NCBI RefSeq assembly: GCF_003945235.1
Contig: NZ_RSDW01000001.1
Location: 5,700,001 to 5,732,000, forward strand
DNA length: 32,000 nt
From: Edaphobacter aggregans
GTDB lineage: Bacteria > Acidobacteriota > Terriglobia > Terriglobales > Acidobacteriaceae
Reading direction: 5' to 3'
In this document: piece after piece, positions 15,844 through 25,552 of the stretch
Position numbering within the stretch: position 1 is the first letter of the stretch
Layout of the letters: every line of letters begins with the position of its first letter
Made by a program: the position numbers and the translations under genes
The notes under the pieces: model-generated
Told to the model about the DNA's origin: nothing
What the model saw: only the letters and a program-made list of their open reading frames with translations
Databases searched by the model: none

Positions 15844-17179
15844 ACCTGTGGCAGGTAAATCAACATTCCGCTATTCTTGGGCTGCCTTGAATTCGCACAC
15901 CGCAAGCCGTGAAATCCTGATTCCGACCACTGAAGAAGATCGCCGCGAGGTGCAGCGGGAACTTGAACGAATCCTTGCCAGCACACCGTTCAAGGGCAGC
16001 CGTCGCTATCCGGCCCTCCTTCGCCACGTGGTCGAGAAGACTTTGCGGGGGGAAATCGAGGATCTAAAGGAACGGATTCTGGGTATTGAGGTGTTCCAGA
16101 GACCCACGGGCTATGACACCAACGCCGACCCGGTCGTCCGTTTCAGCGCAGGAGAGATCCGACGCCGGATTGCACAGTTCTATCAGTACAACTCTGATGA
16201 AGCCTCCATTGAAATCGGATTGCCGGTTGGCAGTTACATCCCGCAGTTTTTTCGGAACGAAACCCGGGAGGAAAAACCGGCTGCTTTATCCGAAAAGCTG
16301 TCTACTTTTCATCACGAGTTCGATCCCGAAGTCGTTCTTTCGGCTCCGCCCCAGATACTCCAGAACCAAGTCGACGTCGCACCCGTGTCGCGGAGAAAAA
16401 CTATTGCAGTGCTAGCGGCTGGGATTGCGGTTGGGGTCCTGGCGGCTATCGTCGGCTTCGTCTCATATCCGATTGTGGTCGCACACCGCCAGGAGAACTC
16501 CTCTGCCATGCAAATTTGGGGCCCCCTCCTGGCGAATCCCAACATGGTGCTCATCAGCGCAGGCCACACCCATTGGACCGACAATCAGCCCCCAGAACCT
16601 CAGGACGCGACAGTTGAGCAGCACATCCTTCGGCCGGAAGCGCGTATCTCCTTGCCCGCGGTCCAGGCCATCTCACAGGTGGCTGCCTTTCTTCAGACTC
16701 AGCACAAGCAATTTAGAATCCATGAGGCAGTCTCAACCAATCTCCAGGACTTGCACGGCCTTCCAGTCGTGTTGATTGCCGGATACAACAATAGCTGGAC
16801 GTTGCGTTTGCTCAAGCCGTTACGGTTCCATCTGACAGAGGATGGCCGTTTCCGCTATATCGAAGATGCAGAGAATCCTGGCAATCGCGACTGGGGAGTC
16901 GACTTTGATAAACCCTACCGGCAGCAGACGGCAGATTACGCGATCATCGGGCGTTTTTTCGATCCAACGACGAATGGGCCAGTCGCTGTGGTCGCGGGCA
17001 TTAGTTCCACCGGGACCTCCGCGGCAGGGGAGTTCATGGTTTCCCAAGATGCATTGAACGAGCTAGCCCACCTGGCTCCGCACGGATCTCTGGCTCAAAA
17101 CTTTGAGGCGGTAATCAAAGTGGAAGTTGTCGAGGGTAGCCCCGGCGCGGTAACGATCCTCGCTACCAAGTTCTGGTAA
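15827..17179 (+). CDS. Single-pass membrane protein with a regulator-like cytoplasmic N-domain and an uncharacterised periplasmic C-domain
   Basis: The N-domain reads EVQRELERILASTPFKGSRRYPALLRHVVEKTLRGEIEDLKERILGIEVFQRPTGYDTNADPVVRFSAGEIRRRIAQFYQ. I recall this motif from the segment that follows wHTH domains in CadC-like/adenylate-cyclase-type regulators. There is one TM helix, TIAVLAAGIAVGVLAAIVGFVSY, and then about 230 aa of unknown fold. The start is uncertain: ATG 15827 is preferred, with GTG 15803, GTG 15848 and TTG 15887 also in frame. Confidence 0.7.
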   Translation: MRTCNKPVAGKSTFRYSWAALNSHTASREILIPTTEEDRREVQRELERILASTPFKGSRRYPALLRHVVEKTLRGEIEDLKERILGIEVFQRPTGYDTNADPVVRFSAGEIRRRIAQFYQYNSDEASIEIGLPVGSYIPQFFRNETREEKPAALSEKLSTFHHEFDPEVVLSAPPQILQNQVDVAPVSRRKTIAVLAAGIAVGVLAAIVGFVSYPIVVAHRQENSSAMQIWGPLLANPNMVLISAGHTHWTDNQPPEPQDATVEQHILRPEARISLPAVQAISQVAAFLQTQHKQFRIHEAVSTNLQDLHGLPVVLIAGYNNSWTLRLLKPLRFHLTEDGRFRYIEDAENPGNRDWGVDFDKPYRQQTADYAIIGRFFDPTTNGPVAVVAGISSTGTSAAGEFMVSQDALNELAHLAPHGSLAQNFEAVIKVEVVEGSPGAVTILATKFW

Positions 17180-17223
17180 CTTTGCTGACGTCTGGACAGA
17201 TCTGCGCGTCCGCTATTGGGTAT

Positions 17224-17256
17224 GAGCGGAGGCTCAGAAACCTGAGCCTACCGCTC
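17224..17256. terminator. Hairpin between convergent genes (probable bidirectional terminator)
   Basis: GAGCGG-a-GGCTCAG aaac CTGAGCC-ta-CCGCTC forms 13 bp with a small bulge and a 4-nt loop. It lies between the stop of the + gene (17177-17179) and the stop of the - gene (17282-17284). No clear U-tract is present. Confidence 0.45.
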
Positions 17257-17281
17257 ACCACCTTACGGCTTGACCGTCCGC

Positions 17282-18715
17282 TTATCGTTGATACCACATT
17301 TGGTTGATGTCGCCATCGCAGGTGCCTTCATCGATCGGTGAACCGGAAGTGATTGCCGCGCTTTTGACTCCGAGACACAAACCGCTATACACGTTCTTGA
17401 CTGTGTAATTCCCCTGCCCGTCGCTCGTGAACGTCCACTCCTGGTTGGAGCCGCCATTCTTTGGCCAGGTGTCGACTGGGCTGCCGGCGGTTTTCGAGTT
17501 GCCCTCGTCTTCCGCAACGTAGCCGCTGTCTTGGTTGGTCACGTAGTAACCGCTGCCTTGGGTGATGAGATCCCATTGCTGGAGGGTGCTGGCATTGCAA
17601 TTGACACCTTGTGCTACTGTTCCCTCGGTGGTGCCCACCGCGCTCAAGCACAGTCCGGAGTTCAGGTTCACAAGTTCATGGTTAGAACCAGTTTGAAGCG
17701 AGGTATAGGAGGAATTCGTCCATGTTCCAGCGGAAACATTCAGCGTCCACTTGTTGACCCAAGGCAGGGAGAGCGTGTTGCCGGAGACGGTCAGTGGCAG
17801 CCAGATGTAGGGTGATTGGTTGATTTGACCTGAAATCCAGCGATCTCCCAAATAGATGTAGGTGGTTCCGCTGGAGCCGGTCACCGGCAGGACAAACGTC
17901 GATTGCGAATTCCACGTGTTTGTACCCGCGGTGGCAATATCCGCCAGTGCAGACCAGGGCCCGCTTATGGACGTCGCATAGGAATACTGATCATCATTCG
18001 AACTCCAACCGGTTTCATGTGAGCATATGAGAAAGTAGGTCCCGTTGACCTTGAACATCGCCGGAGCCTCTCTATCACCCCATGTCGACACACCATCAAC
18101 GATGCTGGCCGGAGATAAATAGTCGGAGGACATCTTATAGACGATGATCCCGTTGTCGTAGTTCGCGCTAAGGAGATACGCTGTTCCATCCGTATCCTGG
18201 AAGCTCCCGATATCGAAGCTTTCGTTGCCGAGCGGCTGCGAGGAACCCTGATAGGTGTAGGTTCCGCAAACACTGGAACTTGTGGCGTAGCCGACTGAAT
18301 CGCCTGAATAGATGTGCACCCACATGACATATTTGCCGGTTGAGGAGTTGTACAGAACCTTTGGCCGCTCTACCAGGTTGGTAGACACCAGATCGCCTGA
18401 AGATTGCGGAGGGAGAACATCATTGACAAAGGCCCAGGTGGTTAGATCGGTGGACGAGTAACAGTTGATACCCTGAAATCCGCCACCGCTGCTATCGTCT
18501 TCGCCAATCCAATAATAGGTGCTGCCTACTTTGATGATGCCGCCGCCGTGGGCCGCGATCATGCTTCCATTGGTCGCGTTCCAAGGTGCTCCCGGAACGA
18601 TCTGCGCTTGAGCGGTGAAGGAGCAGAAGGTGATGGTTAGCAGCGCCAAATAGAGGGCGCTAATCCCGATATGAAGCCGGAAGTCCCGGCTAACAATTGC
18701 GTTGTAATTTTGCAT
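17282..18715 (-). CDS. GH43-like five-bladed-propeller glycoside hydrolase with a C-terminal ricin-type (CBM13) lectin domain
   Basis: The signal peptide is LHIGISALYLALLTITFCSFTAQAQ. Propeller-type motifs are HGGGIIKVGSTYYWIGE, ERPKVLYN, and REAPAMFKVNGTYFLICSHETGW. The C-terminal beta-trefoil carries QxW repeats (LQQWDL, NQEWTF, NQMWYQ). I place the start at ATG 18715 (GAGAGGAAC upstream); the track start is 18811. It possibly resembles exo-beta-1,3-galactanase (GH43_24), but only from memory. Confidence 0.85.
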   Translation of the reverse strand: MQNYNAIVSRDFRLHIGISALYLALLTITFCSFTAQAQIVPGAPWNATNGSMIAAHGGGIIKVGSTYYWIGEDDSSGGGFQGINCYSSTDLTTWAFVNDVLPPQSSGDLVSTNLVERPKVLYNSSTGKYVMWVHIYSGDSVGYATSSSVCGTYTYQGSSQPLGNESFDIGSFQDTDGTAYLLSANYDNGIIVYKMSSDYLSPASIVDGVSTWGDREAPAMFKVNGTYFLICSHETGWSSNDDQYSYATSISGPWSALADIATAGTNTWNSQSTFVLPVTGSSGTTYIYLGDRWISGQINQSPYIWLPLTVSGNTLSLPWVNKWTLNVSAGTWTNSSYTSLQTGSNHELVNLNSGLCLSAVGTTEGTVAQGVNCNASTLQQWDLITQGSGYYVTNQDSGYVAEDEGNSKTAGSPVDTWPKNGGSNQEWTFTSDGQGNYTVKNVYSGLCLGVKSAAITSGSPIDEGTCDGDINQMWYQR

Positions 18716-18815
18716 AACGTTCCTCTCAATCTGTTTCTGGATAAGGTGGCCCGTTGCAATCCTCGCAAGAGGATGCGAGCGACTATCCTCGCCAAGGGAC
18801 AGATTTGACAAGTTG

Positions 18816-18904
18816 CATACGGTAGCAGTGGGATGACGGCGGTAATGTAGATGAATTCACGGAGATGTAACACGTTGTAACAAGCCGCAACGGCGATGTT
18901 ACAT
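18816..18904. promoter_or_regulatory. Motif set B: CATACGGTAGCA + GATGTAACA + TTGTAACAA + ATGTTACAT upstream of the GH43 gene
   Basis: Block 1 is at 18816-18827, block 2 at 18864-18872 and block 3 at 18875-18883. An extra perfect palindrome ATGTTACAT lies at 18896-18904. Minus-strand block 1 reads TGcTACCGT and points at the GH43 gene. An alternative sigma70-like pair, TTGTCA-N18-GATAGT (rc of 18782-18811), lies just downstream. Confidence 0.4.
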
Positions 18905-19385
18905 GGCTCTTGAAGTTACTATCCTGCTCGCAGTGGGGATGCGCGAAGAAGGAACTGCTGGCCAGATCGAAGTCTGAGAGAGTCCAGAAATGGCTTCGCT
19001 TGGTAATTGACTAGCTGCAACCAGGAGCCACTGTTCATGCGGATTTCGTTGAGTACGCGCGTTGTTGCTGTTAAGGTAAGCTCGATAGACTTAGGCACGA
19101 AGCCAACAGGTGCGCCCAGTGCGGGAAATCCGCAGGCTGGGTGCGAAGTGGCAGGGCTGCAAACGGTTTGGCTACAGAAGCACTCCTAGAGAAACAGGGA
19201 GCAATGGCAAGGCTAGACCAGCTGAACACCGCGGCAGCTCTCGACCCTACCGCTAGTCGTCCGGAATGATTCTCGGTTCATGCATCATTGCCTGTGCGCT
19301 CTTCGAAGCATCCGGTTGAGAGTATCTGGACCATTGGGGTATAGCGTCCGTGCATGCAAGCGGCACGGAGGCCGCTAGTAAGTGA

Positions 19386-20285
19386 ATTCGCTGGAAGGTT
19401 GTCCTTCGCCTGCCTGATCTCGACCACGCGAAGGCTGCAGTGCTCAACAGCTTGAGTTCCCCGCAATCCAGACGCAACTACAGGTTCGCGATGGAGCAGT
19501 TCATTACTTGGTATTGTTCTGAACCGAAGCTGGCCCTGAACCGAACTGTGGTGCTTCGGTTCCGACTCCATCTCGAGTCACTTGGGCTGGCGGCGGGCAC
19601 GATCAACCAGAGGCTCGCCGCGGTCAGACACCTCGCTTACGAAGCGGCCGATTCAGGCCTGTTGAGTCCGGAGCTCGCCGCGGGCATCAGGCGAGTCAAA
19701 GGGGTCAAGCAACGGGTTCCAGGTCCGGAAACTGGCTGAATAGCCATCAAGCTCGGTTAATTCTGAGAAATCGAATGGAGGCAGTCTGCGGAGCGTTCGT
19801 GGCGTCGCGATGATTTCAATACTGCTTGGATGCGGGCTGCGACGGGCAGAACTGGCCAGTCTGCGAAAGGGCAGGGGCACTGGGCCATCGATCTGGTGGG
19901 CAAAGGCGATCACGTCCGCACGGTTACTATGCCGATTTGGGTAAAGAGTACGGTTGACAGGTGGATGGCGGCAGCGGCGGTGACGGAGGGCAGAGTGTTC
20001 AGAGCGGTCAGCCGACATGGAACTTCATGGGGACGAGGAACCTCTGGGAATGATATCTGGTATGTCGTTCGAAGCTGTGCCCAGCGGATTGAGCTTGATC
20101 ACCTTGCTCCCCAGGATCTTCGACGGACCTGTGCAAAGCTCTGCCGCGTAGCGGGAAGTGAACTGGAGCAGATCCAGTTTCTTCTTGGACATGCCTCAGT
20201 TTTGACGACCGAGCGATACTTTGGATGTATGCAGAATCTAGAAGAGCCAGTAAATGACCGGTTCGGATCTCTGCTCGCCCCATAA
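19386..20285 (+). pseudogene. Tyrosine recombinase/integrase, decayed by at least three frameshifts and loss of the start codon
   Basis: The N-domain is in the frame of ORF 19440..19739 (LPDLDHAKAAVLNSLSSPQSRRNYRFAMEQFITWYCSEPKLALNRTVV...RLAAVRHLAYEAADSGLLSPELAAGIRRVKG). GNWLNSHQARLIL is in a second frame and SLRSVRGVAMISILLGCGLRRAELASL in a third. The catalytic half is in ORF 19830..20285 (WAIDLVGKGDHVRTVTMPIWVK...LAPQDLRRTCAKLC...LLGHASVLTTERY). The expected HxxR box reads QDLR. A TGA at 19383-19385 precedes the homologous region and no start codon follows it. Confidence 0.75.
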
Positions 20286-20811
20286 ACGTGGAAATCTGCT
20301 AAGTTCTGTTGTCAGGAATCGAGATCGCTTCCGCCTTGCACAAGGCGATTTTCGGTCTTGATCATCCCGAATTGGTCTGCATCCAGTAGAGATAACTAAG
20401 CTCAGATGAAAATCTGGGGCCTCGGTATTTCTCACCAAAGCACTGCGAACTGCTTAAATTGTCTAGCAGTCAATTTTCCCTTGACACGAAAACCCACACC
20501 CTCTAAGAAGGTCAAGGCCGCTTTGAGCTCTCCCCCTCGGTGACAGAAGAGTGCATTAGATAGGGGCAGCCATCGGAGAAATAGCATCGCATGTCGCGTA
20601 CAGATAGAGCAGTCCGAGATACGTGATTTGATCCCTTACGCATCCTAGGCATGAGCACGTTACACCCCTGGTCAAAGCAACGACAAAACCCTTGGTTACC
20701 TTTATGGGTTCGTGTTGGGTTTGGGACTTCCCTCCGTCGTCAGAGTTTTTTTGGTGGTTGATCAAGTATAAGAATCAGCTAACGCTGGTCGGTTTGATTG
20801 GGTTTTTCCTT

Positions 20812-23085
20812 ATGGCCAATACAGACACTTTGGCTCCAAAGAAAATTCGCTTTGCAAGGCAGTGGAGGCCGACTCACCACCGCAGCGGTTGGGGATACGC
20901 CATGGACACTCTCGGCCCACTATATGGCACTGAAGGTGTACTCCTTGATGGTTTCGTCGAGAAGAAATTTGCGTGGGATTCCCATCTCGCCGACAAATGC
21001 AACGGGCTGAGGCCCTATCAGGAGCCATGGATTGGAATCCTCCATAATCCCCCAAATCTGCCGCGCCGGTTCAATGTGAACCACCAAGCGCCGGAAGAAA
21101 TTCTCCAAACGCAATCGTGGCACGAAAGCATGCATTACTGCAGGGGATTGTTCACCCTTTCCAGATACCTCAAAGAGTGGCTTCAGCCTCTGGTTCCCGT
21201 TTCGGTCTGCAACCTATTGCACCCCACGGAAACGCCCCAGAATCGATTCAGTGCGCAGAAGTATTTGCTGAACAGAGAGAGACAACTCGTTCAGATTGGT
21301 TGGTGGCTGAGAAGATTCAGCTCTCTTTATAGCCTGCAGCTGACGCAACTCAAAAAGACTTTCCTTAATCTAGGAGATGCGTGGATAGACACTGTGGATC
21401 ACGGAGAACTCAATTTTGTCGTAGACAAAACCAAACTTGAGTCAGTCCAGATCATTTCCTATCTGAGCAACGATGAGTACGACGAGCTCATTTCCAAAAA
21501 CATTGTGTTCCTGGATCTCTACGCCAGCAGCGCCAACAATGTCATCGTCGAGTGCATCGCACGCGCCACACCAATATTAGTCAACCCCCTACCGGCCGTT
21601 GTTGAGTATTTGGGGCATGACTATCCCCTCTATTTCGAGACCCTTGAGGAAGCAGCCTGGAAGGCAGAAAATGAGGCCCTTGTTCTCGCTACCCACGAAT
21701 ATTTGAAGGGATGGGCAATACGCGAAAAGCTAACAAGAGACCATTTTCTTGAAGCGTTCGTCAGCTCCGAAATCTATCGGCAGTTACCTTCTCCATCTCG
21801 CAACGCCGGAGATACCGGCGCTCTACCCGCAGTAAACTCTGTCTGCGCAGAATGCAAGGTCTCGGGTGTGGCGCAGTTAATCGACGATCCGCTGGTGCAG
21901 GCATTGCAGTTGGGGTGGGATCGAGCACTGGCAGGCGACGGACAAGAGCGCGCCAACTGGCGAGTGGTCGAGGGAGACGAATGGTCCTGGCAGCAGAACG
22001 CAGTATGCGCCAGGAGCAATGGCTCGGACTGGTCTGCCTACGAATACTCTCGATGTGACACCCAGGCACTGAGAGCTCTGAAGAATTTTGTTATCGAGGT
22101 GACTATCAGCGGGAGCGCCGAGGCGGCAGGCCTGAGCTTCGGTCCATACAAGGACTTTCTGACAGAATTGAGCCCCCAGATGGATCGGCACCGTCTCCAA
22201 TTGGAGGTGGACGGCATAACCGACAGTTGGTCCTTTCGCATTGATGGACAGTTGGCAGAGCGTTCGCAGTGGAATTCAGCTGTGCGTAATACCGCAGATC
22301 TGGTCGCTGGAACCTTGACCTTAAAGGTGCGTGGGGCAAACTGTGTTGCTTTCCACGATTTGGCTATCCACACTCTTCAAAAGTCCTGCGAACTTTCTGT
22401 GATCATTACCTGCTACCGCTTTGCGCAGCGACTGCGGTTAAGTCTTCGAAATTGGGTACACCAAAGCCTAGGTTCCGGTGCCCTCGAAATTTTGGTGATC
22501 AATCCGAGCAGCCCCGATGGCACTCACGAGCTCTTGGCTGCCGTCTCAAGCAGCTATCCGCATGTTCGCGTACGGGAAGTACCAACGATATCGGCTCTGG
22601 CCACAAACAAGGGCGCAATGATCAATCGTGCGTTGGAAGTAAGCCGCGGCCAATGGATCTGGCTGACGGATGCTGACTGTCTATTTTCACCGACCGCTGC
22701 GGCGGTGACTCTGGATAAAATCGCAGGGCGAAACCAACGGCTATTTTATGGCGAGCGCAGATACCTTTCTAACGCGCAGACGAATGCACTGCTGTCGGGG
22801 CGGCTCGACGGACTCTCCCAGTTCGATCTGTTAGCTTCCAGCGCTGTCTTTAATACAGATCCCGGAGGACCTGGAAATGGCCCTTGGGGGTACACGCAGA
22901 TTATGGATCGCTCGACCGCCAAAGCCGTCCGATATCGGGACGATCTTAACTATTTTGCGCACAGTGACAGCCAGTTCGCCGAGGGCTGCGAGCGACAAGG
23001 TATATCGCCCGAAAAAGTCGAAGGACTCTTCTGCCTCCATCTCGATCATCCGTTTTCATGGTATGGCACCAACATGTTTCTATAG
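20812..23085 (+). CDS. Three-module putative glycosyltransferase fusion: GT-B-like N-module, beta-sandwich (LamG/DUF1080-like) middle, GT2-like C-module
   Basis: The N-module ends with NIVFLDLYASSANNVIVECIARATPILVNPLPAVVEYLGHDYPLYFETLEEA, resembling a GT1-type C-terminal nucleotide-sugar lobe. The middle module reads ANWRVVEGDEWSWQQNAVCARSN...NFVIEVTISGSAEAAGLSFGPY...TLTLKVRGANCVAFHDLAI. The C-module reads LSVIITCYRFAQRL...LEILVINPSSPDGTHELL...NKGAMINRALEVSRGQWIWLTDADCLF, the GT2 pattern with a DxD (DAD), plus a tail ending LHLDHP. The start is ambiguous between ATG 20812 and ATG 20704; the latter would add a W/F-rich hydrophobic leader. Confidence 0.75.
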   Translation: MANTDTLAPKKIRFARQWRPTHHRSGWGYAMDTLGPLYGTEGVLLDGFVEKKFAWDSHLADKCNGLRPYQEPWIGILHNPPNLPRRFNVNHQAPEEILQTQSWHESMHYCRGLFTLSRYLKEWLQPLVPVSVCNLLHPTETPQNRFSAQKYLLNRERQLVQIGWWLRRFSSLYSLQLTQLKKTFLNLGDAWIDTVDHGELNFVVDKTKLESVQIISYLSNDEYDELISKNIVFLDLYASSANNVIVECIARATPILVNPLPAVVEYLGHDYPLYFETLEEAAWKAENEALVLATHEYLKGWAIREKLTRDHFLEAFVSSEIYRQLPSPSRNAGDTGALPAVNSVCAECKVSGVAQLIDDPLVQALQLGWDRALAGDGQERANWRVVEGDEWSWQQNAVCARSNGSDWSAYEYSRCDTQALRALKNFVIEVTISGSAEAAGLSFGPYKDFLTELSPQMDRHRLQLEVDGITDSWSFRIDGQLAERSQWNSAVRNTADLVAGTLTLKVRGANCVAFHDLAIHTLQKSCELSVIITCYRFAQRLRLSLRNWVHQSLGSGALEILVINPSSPDGTHELLAAVSSSYPHVRVREVPTISALATNKGAMINRALEVSRGQWIWLTDADCLFSPTAAAVTLDKIAGRNQRLFYGERRYLSNAQTNALLSGRLDGLSQFDLLASSAVFNTDPGGPGNGPWGYTQIMDRSTAKAVRYRDDLNYFAHSDSQFAEGCERQGISPEKVEGLFCLHLDHPFSWYGTNMFL

Positions 23086-23226
23086 ACAACCGAGCCGCCG
23101 CCGATTACGCCCTACAAACGGGGTTTTCTCGGTGAGCGATAAATCGCCAAATCACTCGATGAGGGGCATTGGCCGGTTATTGAGCCACCGTACATCTCTT
23201 TTGGGAGTAGCATCTTTGCCTTGATA

Positions 23227-23922
23227 ATGCCCTTTTCATGCTTAGCAGACTTAGGCATGAGCCTCAGTTGTTTTGCAGCTATACTTTGGTCACAACAAGG
23301 GGGAAAAGAGCTTGAAATTTCCTGGGCTGCTCCTCGCGGCATACTTTTCTGTCCAGCGTATGTAGTTTCGCAGGATGTCAATGGCGTGAAATTGGGCATG
23401 ACGAGGGCAGAAGTATGTCAGTTTGTTATCACGAACTCGGCATACCACATCGAAAAGCCTGCTGCGTGTCCGGAAGTGGATGATTTCGTGACAGTCGAGG
23501 TGACCACACCTTCAAGCCCTGATGATAGCCGCATCCAACTGACTTTTCACGACGACACAGTCCACGCCATATGGACTACATTTCCCACGGCAGAGTTTTT
23601 CAACATCTTTGCACGATTGGAAGCGGATTATGAAAAGCCTGAACTAGTCTGTGCGATGGCAGCCGGACATACGGAGATTAAGTCGGGACCTTATCGGGAG
23701 AACAAGCACGCTACGGATGCAAGCGATTTGCTCCACAGCAAGTCTGCTCATAGCAGCGTTTTACCTGAAATGGCTGTACTGGGCTTTACCGATGGGTACC
23801 TCTACTGGCGGGTGAATGGCGCACATGTCATCCTTGAACAACAGAACGAGCTGATCGACGGGAAGATGACAGGCTGGTTTGCGATGATTGCACCCGATAC
23901 AAGCATCCTGAATTCGCGGTAA
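23227..23922 (+). CDS. Hypothetical protein, co-directional with the glycosyltransferase fusion
   Basis: This ORF of about 230 codons has protein-like composition (VNGVKLGMTRAEVCQFV..., YLYWRVNGAHVILEQQNELIDGKMTGWFAMI). I recognise no family motif, and there is no clear signal peptide or SD. The start is uncertain. Confidence 0.45.
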   Translation: MPFSCLADLGMSLSCFAAILWSQQGGKELEISWAAPRGILFCPAYVVSQDVNGVKLGMTRAEVCQFVITNSAYHIEKPAACPEVDDFVTVEVTTPSSPDDSRIQLTFHDDTVHAIWTTFPTAEFFNIFARLEADYEKPELVCAMAAGHTEIKSGPYRENKHATDASDLLHSKSAHSSVLPEMAVLGFTDGYLYWRVNGAHVILEQQNELIDGKMTGWFAMIAPDTSILNSR

Positions 23923-24111
23923 ATCAGCGCGCCCACTCAGGCTCTTGAATGGTGAGAATATACCGTGCTACGCAACCACATGTGAGCTGCATCGGTATTG
24001 TTTGCATGGCGTCTTGAAGTTTCGGTATTCAAACCAGTTCGCGGAATACCTTTGATGTACCTTCTTGCCTTCAGATAAACCAAAGCTGCACGACAAGACA
24101 CGAGATTGTGC

Positions 24112-24415
24112 TTATGCACGAGCAGCATCGGGTTTGTTCGCGTCGAGGCCGAGATCGACGACAGCGCCAGCGGCCATTTCAGCAGTCACCTTTTGTTCTC
24201 TTGCAAGACAACTGCAATCGCAATGATGATGGTCTGGATGCGGGCGATGAGAGCAGCCACGGTGACAACGCTTCGATCGCGCGGGGAGAGCTCGGGACGC
24301 TTCCAGAAGCCGTCGAGCGCGCCTTTGGTGTAGTGCTCAAGAGCCAGAGAGACGGCTCTCACCTCGTGTTTGTGAGAGCCGCGGGATGTACGTTCTGCTC
24401 GCGGGTGCTTGTCAT
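24112..24415 (-). pseudogene. Carboxymuconolactone-decarboxylase (CMD/AhpD-like) family gene, frameshifted
   Basis: ATG 24415, 23 nt after the AKR stop, opens MTSTREQNVHPAALTNTR followed by a stop. A second frame carries AERTSRGSHKHEVRAVSLALEHYTKGALDGFWKRPELSPRDRSVVTVAALIA, which includes the CMD hallmark W.RP.LS.RDRS...A.L.A, and then stops. A third frame continues KVTAEMAAGAVVDLG... to TAA 24112-24114. Confidence 0.45.
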
Positions 24416-24438
24416 CGAAGATCTACGTCTGTCGTTGG

Positions 24439-25547
<1,109 letters not shown>

Positions 25548-25552
<5 letters not shown>

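Noticed and set aside
21761-22373. Minus-strand ORFs of 77-111 aa inside the glycosyltransferase fusion
   Set aside because: They are antisense to a long ORF with recognisable GT motifs and give an R/S/C-rich translation.
5692-23127. Identical 13-mer AAACGGGGTTTTC at 5692-5704 and 23115-23127
   Set aside because: Both occurrences sit in terminator-like contexts (GC stem plus T-run), the second one 30 nt after the glycosyltransferase stop codon. The flanks do not match, so this is probably convergence or chance rather than a repeat element.
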